From: Megasphaera elsdenii DSM 20460 | GTDB lineage: Bacteria > Bacillota > Negativicutes > Veillonellales > Megasphaeraceae | Reading direction: 5' to 3' | Assembly: GCF_003010495.1 (NCBI RefSeq) | Contig: NZ_CP027570.1 | Span: 180,001 to 212,000, forward strand | DNA length: 32,000 bases | Shown: piece after piece, positions 1 through 7,522 of the stretch | Numbering within the stretch: the first letter of the stretch is position 1 | How the letters are laid out: each line of letters begins with the position of its first letter | Notes under the pieces: model-generated | Told to the model about the DNA's origin: nothing | Database searches by the model: none | The model's input: the letters and a program-made list of their open reading frames with translations, nothing else | Translations under genes and position numbers: made by a program

Positions 1-1008
1 CGCCGGGACGTGGGCCAAGTCGTGGGTGCCCGTGATCATCATGGCATCCATGAGCTGGCGTTTGAGCGTATCCAAGAGGAGTTTGACCCCTTCCGCTCCT
101 CCGCCGACAGCCGCGACGGCAGCTGGCCGGCCGATGAGGACGGCGTCGGCGCCGAGGGCCAGCATCTTGAGGATGTCTTCACCGTGACGGACGCCGCCGT
201 CGACGAAGATCGTGATCCGCCCTTTGACAGCAGCGGCGATGTCGGGCAGGACATCGGCAGTCCCGGCCATGCCGTCGAGGACGCGGCCGCCGTGGTTGCT
301 GACGACGATGCCCTTAGCACCGGCTTCGGCACAGGCAACGGCTTCTTCGGCCGACATGACGCCTTTGACGATGAAGGGCAACTGGATAGCCTGTACAATC
401 TCAGCAATGTCACTGGCGCTCTTCGGGCCTACGGGCTGGCCAAAGATGCGCATGTTGATCAACGTCGCCGCATCGATGTCGCTGGCAACGGCAAAAGCGC
501 CGGCTTCTTCGGCCTGATGGGCCTTCTCGATGATTTGGTCGTTGCTGCGGGGCTTGATAGTCGGAATGACGATGCCCGGCCGTTTCTGACAAGACGCAAT
601 CCCCGAAGCATACATGTAAGGCGCACCGCTGTCACCAGTAAAGCAGAGGGTCCCTGCTTCCAGGGCCGCCTGGGTGACAGCTTCGTCGTATGCCTGTTCC
701 ACTTCCGCCGGGTCGCCGTCGACTTTGGCATTGAGTACGATACCACCGACAGGCGCCAGGAGGACCGGCATGCTCAGCGTCTTGCCGAGGATCGTCACAG
801 TCGTATCCGGGTCGTCGACACCGGACATGCTGCGCATGACCAGGCCGTATTCCTGGAGGGCTTCGACGTTACGCATGAAAGACCGGCCCGTGCGCAGGCC
901 GCCGAATCCAGGAATCATGCCGATGCAGGCCTTGCCATTGCACTGGGGACAGACATGGCAGCCCTTCATTTTTTCACGAGCTTTGTTCCTTACTTCCTGT
1001 AAATCCAT
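1..1008 (-). CDS. FMN-dependent alpha-hydroxy-acid dehydrogenase/oxidase family protein; C-terminus runs off the left edge
   Basis: Own minus-strand translation from ATG 1008..1006 (GGAAG 8 nt upstream): MDLQEVRNKAREKMKGCHVCPQCNGKAC...VSNHGGR...DGGVRHGEDILKMLALGADAVLIGRP, hallmarks of the FMN TIM-barrel family. It is open to position 1, so it is absent from the ORF track. The 330-aa plus ORF 10..1002 is its antisense shadow. Confidence 0.8.
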   Translation of the reverse strand, partial: MDLQEVRNKAREKMKGCHVCPQCNGKACIGMIPGFGGLRTGRSFMRNVEALQEYGLVMRSMSGVDDPDTTVTILGKTLSMPVLLAPVGGIVLNAKVDGDPAEVEQAYDEAVTQAALEAGTLCFTGDSGAPYMYASGIASCQKRPGIVIPTIKPRSNDQIIEKAHQAEEAGAFAVASDIDAATLINMRIFGQPVGPKSASDIAEIVQAIQLPFIVKGVMSAEEAVACAEAGAKGIVVSNHGGRVLDGMAGTADVLPDIAAAVKGRITIFVDGGVRHGEDILKMLALGADAVLIGRPAAVAAVGGGAEGVKLLLDTLKRQLMDAMMITGTHDLAHVPA

Positions 1009-1020
1009 GAGAATCACTTC

Positions 1021-1842
1021 CTAAATGAAAATTTTATTGTCAGCACGGCCGTTGTAGGTCGTCTCTAACATCTTGACATGGGATAAAAAGGCCGGGTCAT
1101 CGAAATACTTGGCCCCTTTGGGACAGTTGCGCACGCAGCGCTGGCACTTGATGCAGATGCCCGTGACGACCGACGGTTGATCCAGGTCGATGGACCCCAT
1201 AGGGCACTGGCGGGCGCAGAGGCCGCAGGATACGCATTTTTCCAAATCCGTCTTGGGCTTGGCCTTGAGGAACTTGGCCGGCTGGCCGTCGACGCCCTTA
1301 GGAACGTAATACGGCGCCTGAGCATCGCCGTCGACGACGAGATGCGGTACCATGCCATCGGTCTGACGGATTTTCGATACGGCCAGATCCGTCAGGCGGA
1401 CCATGAGGGCCAAATCGTCCTCATCGGGCCGATTGGGCGCCAGGGCGTCGGAAAAAGCGTGGGTCCCGACGAAAGCACCAGCCGCAACGGTGCGGAAGCC
1501 GTTGCCGTCGAGGGTCGCACAGAGTTCGGCCAGGGCGTTGTCGAAAGACCGGTTGCCATAAGTCACGACAGCCAGGGCCAGGGCCCCTTTGCCGATGAGT
1601 TTTTCCTGATACGTCGGCAAAATCTTATTGGGCAATTTCCCGGCATACGTCGGACCGCCGACGATGACCAGGTCGCCTGCCGAAAAAGTACGGACCCTTT
1701 CGCGTTCTTCCGGCAAATCCAGGGAAATGGCCCGGCACGATACCTGAAAGAGCCGCGCCGCTTCGGAAGCAGCCTGACAGACGAGGCGTTTCGTATTGCC
1801 TGTCGGGCTAAAATAGACAGCATACACATGTTGGATGTTCAT
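1021..1842 (-). CDS. Flavodoxin-like domain fused to a 2x[4Fe-4S] ferredoxin domain (EFR1-type ferredoxin)
   Basis: ORF track 1021..1851. I prefer ATG 1842 (MNIQHVYAVYFSPTGNT) because GAGGTG lies 6 nt upstream and the track start is the GTG inside that RBS. Two CxxCxxCxxxCP motifs (CVSCGLCARQCP, CIKCQRCVRNCP). 12-nt gap to the downstream FMN dehydrogenase gene. Confidence 0.75.
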   Translation of the reverse strand: MNIQHVYAVYFSPTGNTKRLVCQAASEAARLFQVSCRAISLDLPEERERVRTFSAGDLVIVGGPTYAGKLPNKILPTYQEKLIGKGALALAVVTYGNRSFDNALAELCATLDGNGFRTVAAGAFVGTHAFSDALAPNRPDEDDLALMVRLTDLAVSKIRQTDGMVPHLVVDGDAQAPYYVPKGVDGQPAKFLKAKPKTDLEKCVSCGLCARQCPMGSIDLDQPSVVTGICIKCQRCVRNCPKGAKYFDDPAFLSHVKMLETTYNGRADNKIFI

Positions 1843-2018
1843 AAAAATCACCTCAGTTACACAAAACCCGATGCATCCTTCCTTTTCCTTATTATATACC
1901 TAAAAAGGACTGTCGCACAAAGTTTTTTACGCTCTGCGAAGTCCTTGTTTGAAGTTTGATGTTCCTTCCGCTTTTATGTTAGAATACAGTATGATTTTTA
2001 CAAAAAATGAGGTGTCTT

Positions 2019-2708
2019 ATGCAAAAGAAAATATATGCCGTGCGGCGTGGCCGTACGACGGGTCTGTTCCTGTCCTGGGCAGACTGTCAACAACAAGTGA
2101 ATGGCTTCCCCGGCGCCCGCTTCAAGAGTTTCACCGACGCGACAGAGGCCTGGAAATGGCTCAACGGCGAAGAAACGGCGACGCCGAAGAAGGCAAGGGC
2201 TCCCAAAAAAAACCGGCCATCATCCAAAGCAGCTGTACCGTCTGCCCCGCTCCGTCCCGACGAGGAACAGGATTTCGTCATCTATACCGATGGCTCGTGC
2301 CTGCGCAATCCCGATGGGCCCGGCGGCTGGGCCGTCGTCGCCCGCAATGTCGCTACCGGCGAAGTGACGGAGCTGTCTGACGGCAATCCGTCGACGACGA
2401 ATAACCGCATGGAACTCCTGGCAGCCATCATGGCCCTGCGCTTCGCGCCGGAAGGGACGAAAGTCGCCTTGTACACCGACAGCCAGTACCTCAAGAACGG
2501 CATCACCAAATGGGTCGCCGGCTGGAAGCGCCGGGGCTGGAAAAAAGCCGACGGCCAGCCCGTCCTTAACCAGGGCTACTGGGTCGAACTGGACAAACTC
2601 TACAACTCTCACGACGTTACCTTCCACTGGGTCAAAGGCCACGTCGGCGTCGAACTCAATGAACGCTGCGACCAGCTGGCCAAAGCCCAGGCTGTGAAAT
2701 ATAAATAA
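2019..2708 (+). CDS. rnhA: Ribonuclease HI with N-terminal RNA/DNA hybrid-binding domain
   Basis: ORF 2007..2708. ATG 2019 (MQKKIYAVRRGR) follows GAGGTG. The N-terminal KIYAVRRGRTTGLFLSWADC...FKSF is HBD-like. RNase H catalytic motifs are present: YTDGSC, NNRMEL, YTDSQY, HWVKGH..NERCD. Confidence 0.85.
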   Translation: MQKKIYAVRRGRTTGLFLSWADCQQQVNGFPGARFKSFTDATEAWKWLNGEETATPKKARAPKKNRPSSKAAVPSAPLRPDEEQDFVIYTDGSCLRNPDGPGGWAVVARNVATGEVTELSDGNPSTTNNRMELLAAIMALRFAPEGTKVALYTDSQYLKNGITKWVAGWKRRGWKKADGQPVLNQGYWVELDKLYNSHDVTFHWVKGHVGVELNERCDQLAKAQAVKYK

Positions 2709-2729
2709 GTGGTTAGTGGTTCGTTTTTA

Positions 2730-2838
2730 CTGTAGGGGTCGCCACGTGGGCGACCCGCTTGGGTATTTGGGACGCGCTCTCCGAGCTGGAAAATAGCTCA
2801 TATGCTGGGACGGGCTTGCCACGTGCAAGCCCCTACAG
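2730..2838. repeat. REPIN-like inverted doublet A (GTAG-headed GC hairpins)
   Basis: Left arm CTGTAGGGG + GGGTCGCC-acgtg-GGCGACCC (2730..2756). Right arm GGGCTTGC-cacgt-GCAAGCCC + CCCCTACAG (2812..2838). The same architecture occurs at 22362..22506 and 24340..24434. Confidence 0.7.
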
Positions 2839-3867
2839 GTTTAAAATGTCGGCTACGAGCTGGTCTACTTCTTCTTGTTTCGTGCTCCACGAGGTACAGA
2901 AGCGGACGCAGACGTGGTCGTCGTCGACGGGGCCTTCGGCTTCAAAGACGTATTTTTGTCCCAGCTTCCGGGCCTGTTCCTGGCTGAGGATGACGAACTG
3001 CTGATTCGTCGGGCTGACGACGAGTTCTTCTATGCCCTTCTGGCGGAAGGCGTCGCGGATCTGCATGGCGTATTCGTCGGCCCGCTTGGTAATGGCAAAG
3101 TATGTCCCGTCATGGAGCAGCGTATAGAATTGGAGCCCTAGGATCCAGCCTTTGGCCAGGACGGCGCCGAACTGTTTCATATGAGCCTTGAAGCGGCGGC
3201 CCATATCGGGCTGGGTCAGGACGACGGCTTCGCCGAAGAAGGCGCCGCACTTGGTACCGCCGATATAGAAGGCATCGGCCAGACGGCCAAAATCAGCCAG
3301 GGTCAGGTCATTTTCGGCTGCGCCCAGGCCATAGCCCATACGGGCACCGTCGACGAAGAGATACATGTGATATTTGCGGCAAACTGCGGAAATGGCCGTC
3401 AATTCCGCTTTCGTATAGAGCGTCCCATATTCCGTCGTAAAGGAAACATAGACCAGCGACGGCCGCGTCAAGTATTCGGCTTCGCCGGAATTATAATAAG
3501 CCTGCACTTCCCCTTCGATCTGTTCAGCTGTAATCTTGCCATCATGATGGGGCAAGGCGACGATCTTGTGACCGGCGTTTTCGATGGATGCACATTCGTG
3601 ACAGTTGATATGCCCCGTATCGGCACAGATGACGCTGTCACAGGAACCGAGGAGGGCTGAAATGGTGACGAAATTGGCCTGCGTCGCTCCCGGGAAAAAG
3701 TAGACCTTCCCCTGCGGGCACCGGGACAATTCCAAAATCAGTTTCTCTGCCTTATCACACCAGTCATCGACACCGTAACCGCCATACTGCGTATCGTTCG
3801 TCTGGGCCAAGGCCTGCAAAATACTGGCATGTGCACCATGATTATAGTCATTGTTAAAACGTATCAT
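2833..3867 (-). CDS. Threonine aldolase / beta-eliminating lyase family PLP-dependent enzyme
   Basis: 344-aa ORF. N-terminus MIRFNNDYNHGAHASILQAL and GGTKCG (PLP lysine context) are typical of low-specificity threonine aldolase-like proteins. AAGGAG RBS. The stop TAG (2833..2835) lies inside the repeat terminus. Confidence 0.7.
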   Translation of the reverse strand: MIRFNNDYNHGAHASILQALAQTNDTQYGGYGVDDWCDKAEKLILELSRCPQGKVYFFPGATQANFVTISALLGSCDSVICADTGHINCHECASIENAGHKIVALPHHDGKITAEQIEGEVQAYYNSGEAEYLTRPSLVYVSFTTEYGTLYTKAELTAISAVCRKYHMYLFVDGARMGYGLGAAENDLTLADFGRLADAFYIGGTKCGAFFGEAVVLTQPDMGRRFKAHMKQFGAVLAKGWILGLQFYTLLHDGTYFAITKRADEYAMQIRDAFRQKGIEELVVSPTNQQFVILSQEQARKLGQKYVFEAEGPVDDDHVCVRFCTSWSTKQEEVDQLVADILNL

Positions 3868-3893
3868 TTTATCCTGTCTCCTTACTATATACC

Positions 3894-4298
3894 TTAATTT
3901 TCTTCAACTTCTGCTAATTTTTGCTGCAACGTTTTCCCAAGCTGCCCAAAAGCAGGAATGAATTTATCCCGGATGAGAATCAGCAGCTCATCAATTTCAG
4001 CTTCATTATAAAGGTGAACCGACAAGTTTCTTTTTTTCAGCATCAACAGCCAAACAGAAGACGCTTCAATGAAACCAACCTTATATCCTAATTGCAAGAT
4101 TTCTCGCGGAGAACCTGTTTCGGCTTCCTGGACCCCATGAACGCGCAAAACTTGTTGTAAAGCTTTCCAAGCCAGTTCAAAGGTCAAATTGAATTGGCCG
4201 ACGATTCCAGTCCGGTAAATTTCATTCTCCGTGGCTAAGGAAAAGTCGGCCTGTTTCAGGACATTCAAACAATTCAAAAAATTATCCATTTTTTTCAT
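3894..4298 (-). CDS. hepT: HEPN-domain toxin of a HEPN/MNT pair (HI0074-family nucleotidyltransferase substrate-binding protein)
   Basis: 134 aa, with Rx4H motif RNLSVH near the C-terminal third. It overlaps the upstream MNT gene by 17 nt. GAGGGAG RBS. Visibly AT-richer than the flanks. Confidence 0.75.
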   Translation of the reverse strand: MKKMDNFLNCLNVLKQADFSLATENEIYRTGIVGQFNLTFELAWKALQQVLRVHGVQEAETGSPREILQLGYKVGFIEASSVWLLMLKKRNLSVHLYNEAEIDELLILIRDKFIPAFGQLGKTLQQKLAEVEEN

Positions 4299-4575
4299 AA
4301 ATAACGACTCCCTCTTTGGACAGTTCTTCCGCTAACTCAGGGGAAATATACTCGTCCAGATTGACGACGTCGAACATCAGCAGCGAATCAACATTTTCCT
4401 TGATGTCCCAATAAAAACCGTCAAAATCGCCGCCACGGACGGCGATGTCCACATCGCTGCGTTCCGTATGCGTTCCCCTGGCCCGGGACCCGAATAGGAC
4501 GACTTGTTCAACATCATGCTTTTTGGCAAAAACCGTAATATCCTGAAAAACCCGATTGGGAAGATGAAACATCAT
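4282..4575 (-). CDS. mntA: Minimal nucleotidyltransferase (MNT) antitoxin
   Basis: ORF 4282..4584. I prefer ATG 4575 (GAGGTG 6 nt upstream; the track start is a GTG within the RBS). Pol-beta NTase signature LFGSRARG...SDVDIAV. Confidence 0.75.
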   Translation of the reverse strand: MMFHLPNRVFQDITVFAKKHDVEQVVLFGSRARGTHTERSDVDIAVRGGDFDGFYWDIKENVDSLLMFDVVNLDEYISPELAEELSKEGVVIYEKNG

Positions 4576-4665
4576 CACACTCACCTCTTATCGTCACCTG
4601 TTTATGGCTTCTATGATAATCTCTCCTATCGTCGCCAATCCTTTCGAGGCTATGGCCTTACGTTT

Positions 4666-4694
4666 ATTTTAACAAAATCAAATACGTTGTACAA
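4666..4694 (-). promoter_or_regulatory. Candidate sigma-70 promoter for the MNT-HEPN (and possibly the aldolase-like) genes
   Basis: Minus strand TTGTAC-17 nt-TAAAAT (-35 at 4694..4689, -10 at 4671..4666), about 90 nt upstream of the MNT start and directly after a terminator hairpin. Confidence 0.4.
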
Positions 4695-4695
4695 C

Positions 4696-4730
4696 AAAAA
4701 GGGCTTGTCGCACGACGACAAGTCCTTTTT
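4696..4730 (-). terminator. Rho-independent-type hairpin (bidirectional A5-stem-T5) downstream of the pyk/MBL transcription unit
   Basis: 10-bp stem with one mismatch, 5-nt loop, T5 on both strands. Confidence 0.5.
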
Positions 4731-4912
4731 GAGTATTAAGTTTGCAGTTTGTAGTTTTTAGTGAAGGTTTTTAAATTTAAAGCTATCTTCTACAAACTAC
4801 AAACTCCATACTACAAACTATGAAGCAAAGGGGACCTCGCATGATGGTAGAAGCCTTCGTGCGACAGCCTCTTTTTGAGTTTCAAGTTTGAAGCGGATGG
4901 ATTTCAATTGCT
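4697..4912. repeat. Family-2 intergenic repeat mosaic (GTCGCAC-core hairpins plus GTTTGTAG word repeats)
   Basis: Hairpin GGGCTTGTCG-cacga-CGACAAGTCC flanked by A5/T5 (4696..4730). 14-bp inverted repeat TTTGCAGTTTGTAG / CTACAAACTACAAA (4741..4754, 4790..4803). Second hairpin CTCGCATGA..TCGTGCGA (about 4836..4868). The tail CTTTTTGAGTnTnAAGTTTG occurs twice. Homologous to 20497..20640. Confidence 0.6.
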
Positions 4913-5713
4913 TTATAGGTTCCGGATGACGTCCAGGTCGTCCGGGATGTACAGGTTTTCTTGATAATACTGGCATCCTTCGGCATGGTAACGCTGGCGG
5001 CGATGGGCCAGGTCCTTATCTTCCGTATGATAGAGGATCAGGTTCTGCACGCCCAGGCGGGCCGCCGTCTCACAGGCGTCTTTGACGGTAGAATGGTGTT
5101 TTTCATAGGGATGGAAGATATCCGCTTCGGCGTCGAGGCAGAAAGCTTCGTGAAGGAGCCATTTACTGTCACGGACATAGACTTCTTCCCAGGGCTGGTA
5201 CGGTTCATCGCCACAGCAGGTCAGTCTGCCATCGGCAAGTGCCAGGGAAAAGCCGAACTGTTTGGCCTTCGTCGAGCGGATATCGAAAAAGGTCACATCG
5301 TGGCCTATGAGCTGGCGCGTTTCCCCGTTGGCCACCGTGACGAGATGCAGGCGGTCATCGAGGAAGGCACTATCTTTCGAGGACAGCAGATTCTTTCCCA
5401 TCGTGCGCAGCAAGGAAATGACTTCTTCGTGGCCGTAGATGACGGCTTCGCCATCATAAGTCCCGCGCCGCCAGGACTGACACATCATGCGCATGAGCCA
5501 GAGGATGCCCAGAAGATGGTCCATGTGTTTATGCGTGACGAAGACGGTCCGCATATCCTGCCAGCGCAACTGGGCCTTTTCCAGCTGCTGCAGGAGGCCG
5601 TTCCCGCCGCCGCCATCGACGAGCAGGTACTGGCCACCTTCATCGAGGACAAAACAAGTATTATAACAATGGGTCACCGTCGCGTTCCCCGTCCCTAATA
5701 TCGTCAGATTCAT
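4913..5713 (-). CDS. MBL-fold metallo-hydrolase (RNase Z-like)
   Basis: 266 aa. HxHxDH motif as THKHMDH. N-terminus MNLTILGTGNA is typical of beta-lactamase-fold hydrolases. Confidence 0.75.
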   Translation of the reverse strand: MNLTILGTGNATVTHCYNTCFVLDEGGQYLLVDGGGGNGLLQQLEKAQLRWQDMRTVFVTHKHMDHLLGILWLMRMMCQSWRRGTYDGEAVIYGHEEVISLLRTMGKNLLSSKDSAFLDDRLHLVTVANGETRQLIGHDVTFFDIRSTKAKQFGFSLALADGRLTCCGDEPYQPWEEVYVRDSKWLLHEAFCLDAEADIFHPYEKHHSTVKDACETAARLGVQNLILYHTEDKDLAHRRQRYHAEGCQYYQENLYIPDDLDVIRNL

Positions 5714-5733
5714 GACCAGACCTCCCCAATAGC

Positions 5734-7482
5734 TTAGCGTGCGTTGGCTTCGCCGCGGAAGATGGTGCCGCGGCTGGCGTCTACGGTGACGATTTCGCCA
5801 TTTTCCAGAGTGTCTACGGCATGAGCTGCGCCGACGACGGTCGGGATGCCCAAGGTGATGGCGACGATGGCTGATTCACTGGTCAGGCCGACTTCTTCGG
5901 AGACGATGGCGCTGGCCCGTTTCATATAATCGACGAAATCAGCGCGGGCCGAACGGAGGACGAGGATGCAGCCGTCGCTGAAGTTCTTTTCCAGGTCTTC
6001 TTTCGATTCAGCGACACAGACTTTGCCGATGGCCGAATTACGGCCGATACCGGTACCGCGGAGGAGGACGTCGCCGACGACCTGGACGCGGATCATGTTG
6101 GTCGAACCGGCTTTGGCAACGGGGACACCGGCCGTAAGGACGACGAGGTCGCCGGCTTTGATGAGGTCGTTGTCGAGGGCTGCGAAGATAGCGTTATCGA
6201 CGACGGCGTCAGTGTCGTTCGCTTCTTTGCCAGTAACAGCCTGGACGCCCCAGTTGAGCTGCAAGCGGCGGACGATGGCTTCGTGCGGCGATACGGCCAC
6301 AATCGGGCAGGCCGGGCGGAATTTAGAAATCATCTGCGCTGTGCCGCCGCGTTCCGTCGAAGCGATGATGGCCGCAGCGTGGAGGTCTTTGGCAATCTTG
6401 ACGACGGCTTTGCCGATGGATTCCGTCGTCGTCGTCGATTCGGCGTCGACATCTTCATAGGATTCCGGCGTGAAGTTGCTTTCCGTAAAGGTAGCGACGC
6501 GGGCCATGGTTTCAACGGCTTCTACCGGATAGAGGCCGCCAGCCGTTTCGCCGCTGAGCATGATGGCATCGGTGCCGTCGAGGATGGCGTTGGCAACGTC
6601 GCTCGTTTCAGCACGGGTCGGACGCGGATTGTTGCACATGGATTCCAGCATCTGCGTAGCCGTAATGACCGGTTTGCCCGCAGCCTGGCATTTATGGATG
6701 AGGACTTTCTGGAGCATCGGTACTTCTTCCGCCGGGACTTCGACGCCGAGGTCACCACGGGCGACCATGATGCCGTCGCTCATCTTAATGATATCGTCGA
6801 TGTTGTTGACTGCAGCCTGACATTCGATTTTAGAGATGATCTTCATGTGGCTGTCGTGTTTTTCCAAAATCTTGCGGATCGTCAGGACATCTTTGCCGCG
6901 CTGGATGAAAGAAGCGGCAATCCAGTCCATATTCATGCGGCAGCCAAATTCGATGTCGGCGGCATCGGTTTCAGAAACGGCCGGCAGGTTGATGGCGATG
7001 CCCGGTACGGCAACGCGCTTGCGGTCGCTCATCTTGCCGCTGTTGAGGATCTTCGTATGGATATCTTCGCCTTCGACGCTGACAACTTCCAAGTTGACTA
7101 GGCCGTCCGACAAGAGGATGTGGTCGCCGGCTTTGACGTCCTGCGGCAGTTCTTTATAGTTCATGGAGGCAATCGTTTCGTCGCCTTCGATGTCACGGGC
7201 CGTCAAGGTGAAGTCCTTGCCGGCTTCCATCATGATCGAGCCATTCTTAAATTTGCCCAAACGGATTTCCGGGCCTTTCGTGTCCAGGAGCAGTGCCACA
7301 GGGATACCCAGTTTCTGGGAGGCAGCGCGGACCATGTCGATGCGCTGTTTATGTTCTTCATGAGAACCGTGGGAGAAATTAAAGCGGGCAACGTTCATGC
7401 CGGCTTTAATCATCTTTTCGATAATTTCCGGGGTATTGGAACTGGGGCCTAAGGTGCAGACGATCTTTGTTTTTTTCAGCAT
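5734..7482 (-). CDS. pyk: Pyruvate kinase with C-terminal PEP-utilizer mobile domain
   Basis: 582 aa. MLKKTKIVCTLGPSS, MVARGDLGVE, and a C-terminal ~100 aa extension as in Bacillus-type pyruvate kinases. Confidence 0.92.
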   Translation of the reverse strand: MLKKTKIVCTLGPSSNTPEIIEKMIKAGMNVARFNFSHGSHEEHKQRIDMVRAASQKLGIPVALLLDTKGPEIRLGKFKNGSIMMEAGKDFTLTARDIEGDETIASMNYKELPQDVKAGDHILLSDGLVNLEVVSVEGEDIHTKILNSGKMSDRKRVAVPGIAINLPAVSETDAADIEFGCRMNMDWIAASFIQRGKDVLTIRKILEKHDSHMKIISKIECQAAVNNIDDIIKMSDGIMVARGDLGVEVPAEEVPMLQKVLIHKCQAAGKPVITATQMLESMCNNPRPTRAETSDVANAILDGTDAIMLSGETAGGLYPVEAVETMARVATFTESNFTPESYEDVDAESTTTTESIGKAVVKIAKDLHAAAIIASTERGGTAQMISKFRPACPIVAVSPHEAIVRRLQLNWGVQAVTGKEANDTDAVVDNAIFAALDNDLIKAGDLVVLTAGVPVAKAGSTNMIRVQVVGDVLLRGTGIGRNSAIGKVCVAESKEDLEKNFSDGCILVLRSARADFVDYMKRASAIVSEEVGLTSESAIVAITLGIPTVVGAAHAVDTLENGEIVTVDASRGTIFRGEANAR

Positions 7483-7522
7483 ATCTATTCTCCTTGCTTC
7501 TATTTAATGAGATGATTTTCGT

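Noticed and set aside
10-1002. 330-aa plus-strand ORF at the left edge.
   Set aside because: The minus strand over the same span translates into a clean FMN-dependent dehydrogenase with an RBS and an ATG at 1008. The plus ORF is its antisense shadow.
2730-2838. GC hairpin repeats as a CRISPR array (also at 22362 and 24340).
   Set aside because: There are only two repeat units per site. The units are in inverted rather than direct orientation, the spacing is irregular, there are no cas genes, and the sites are dispersed.
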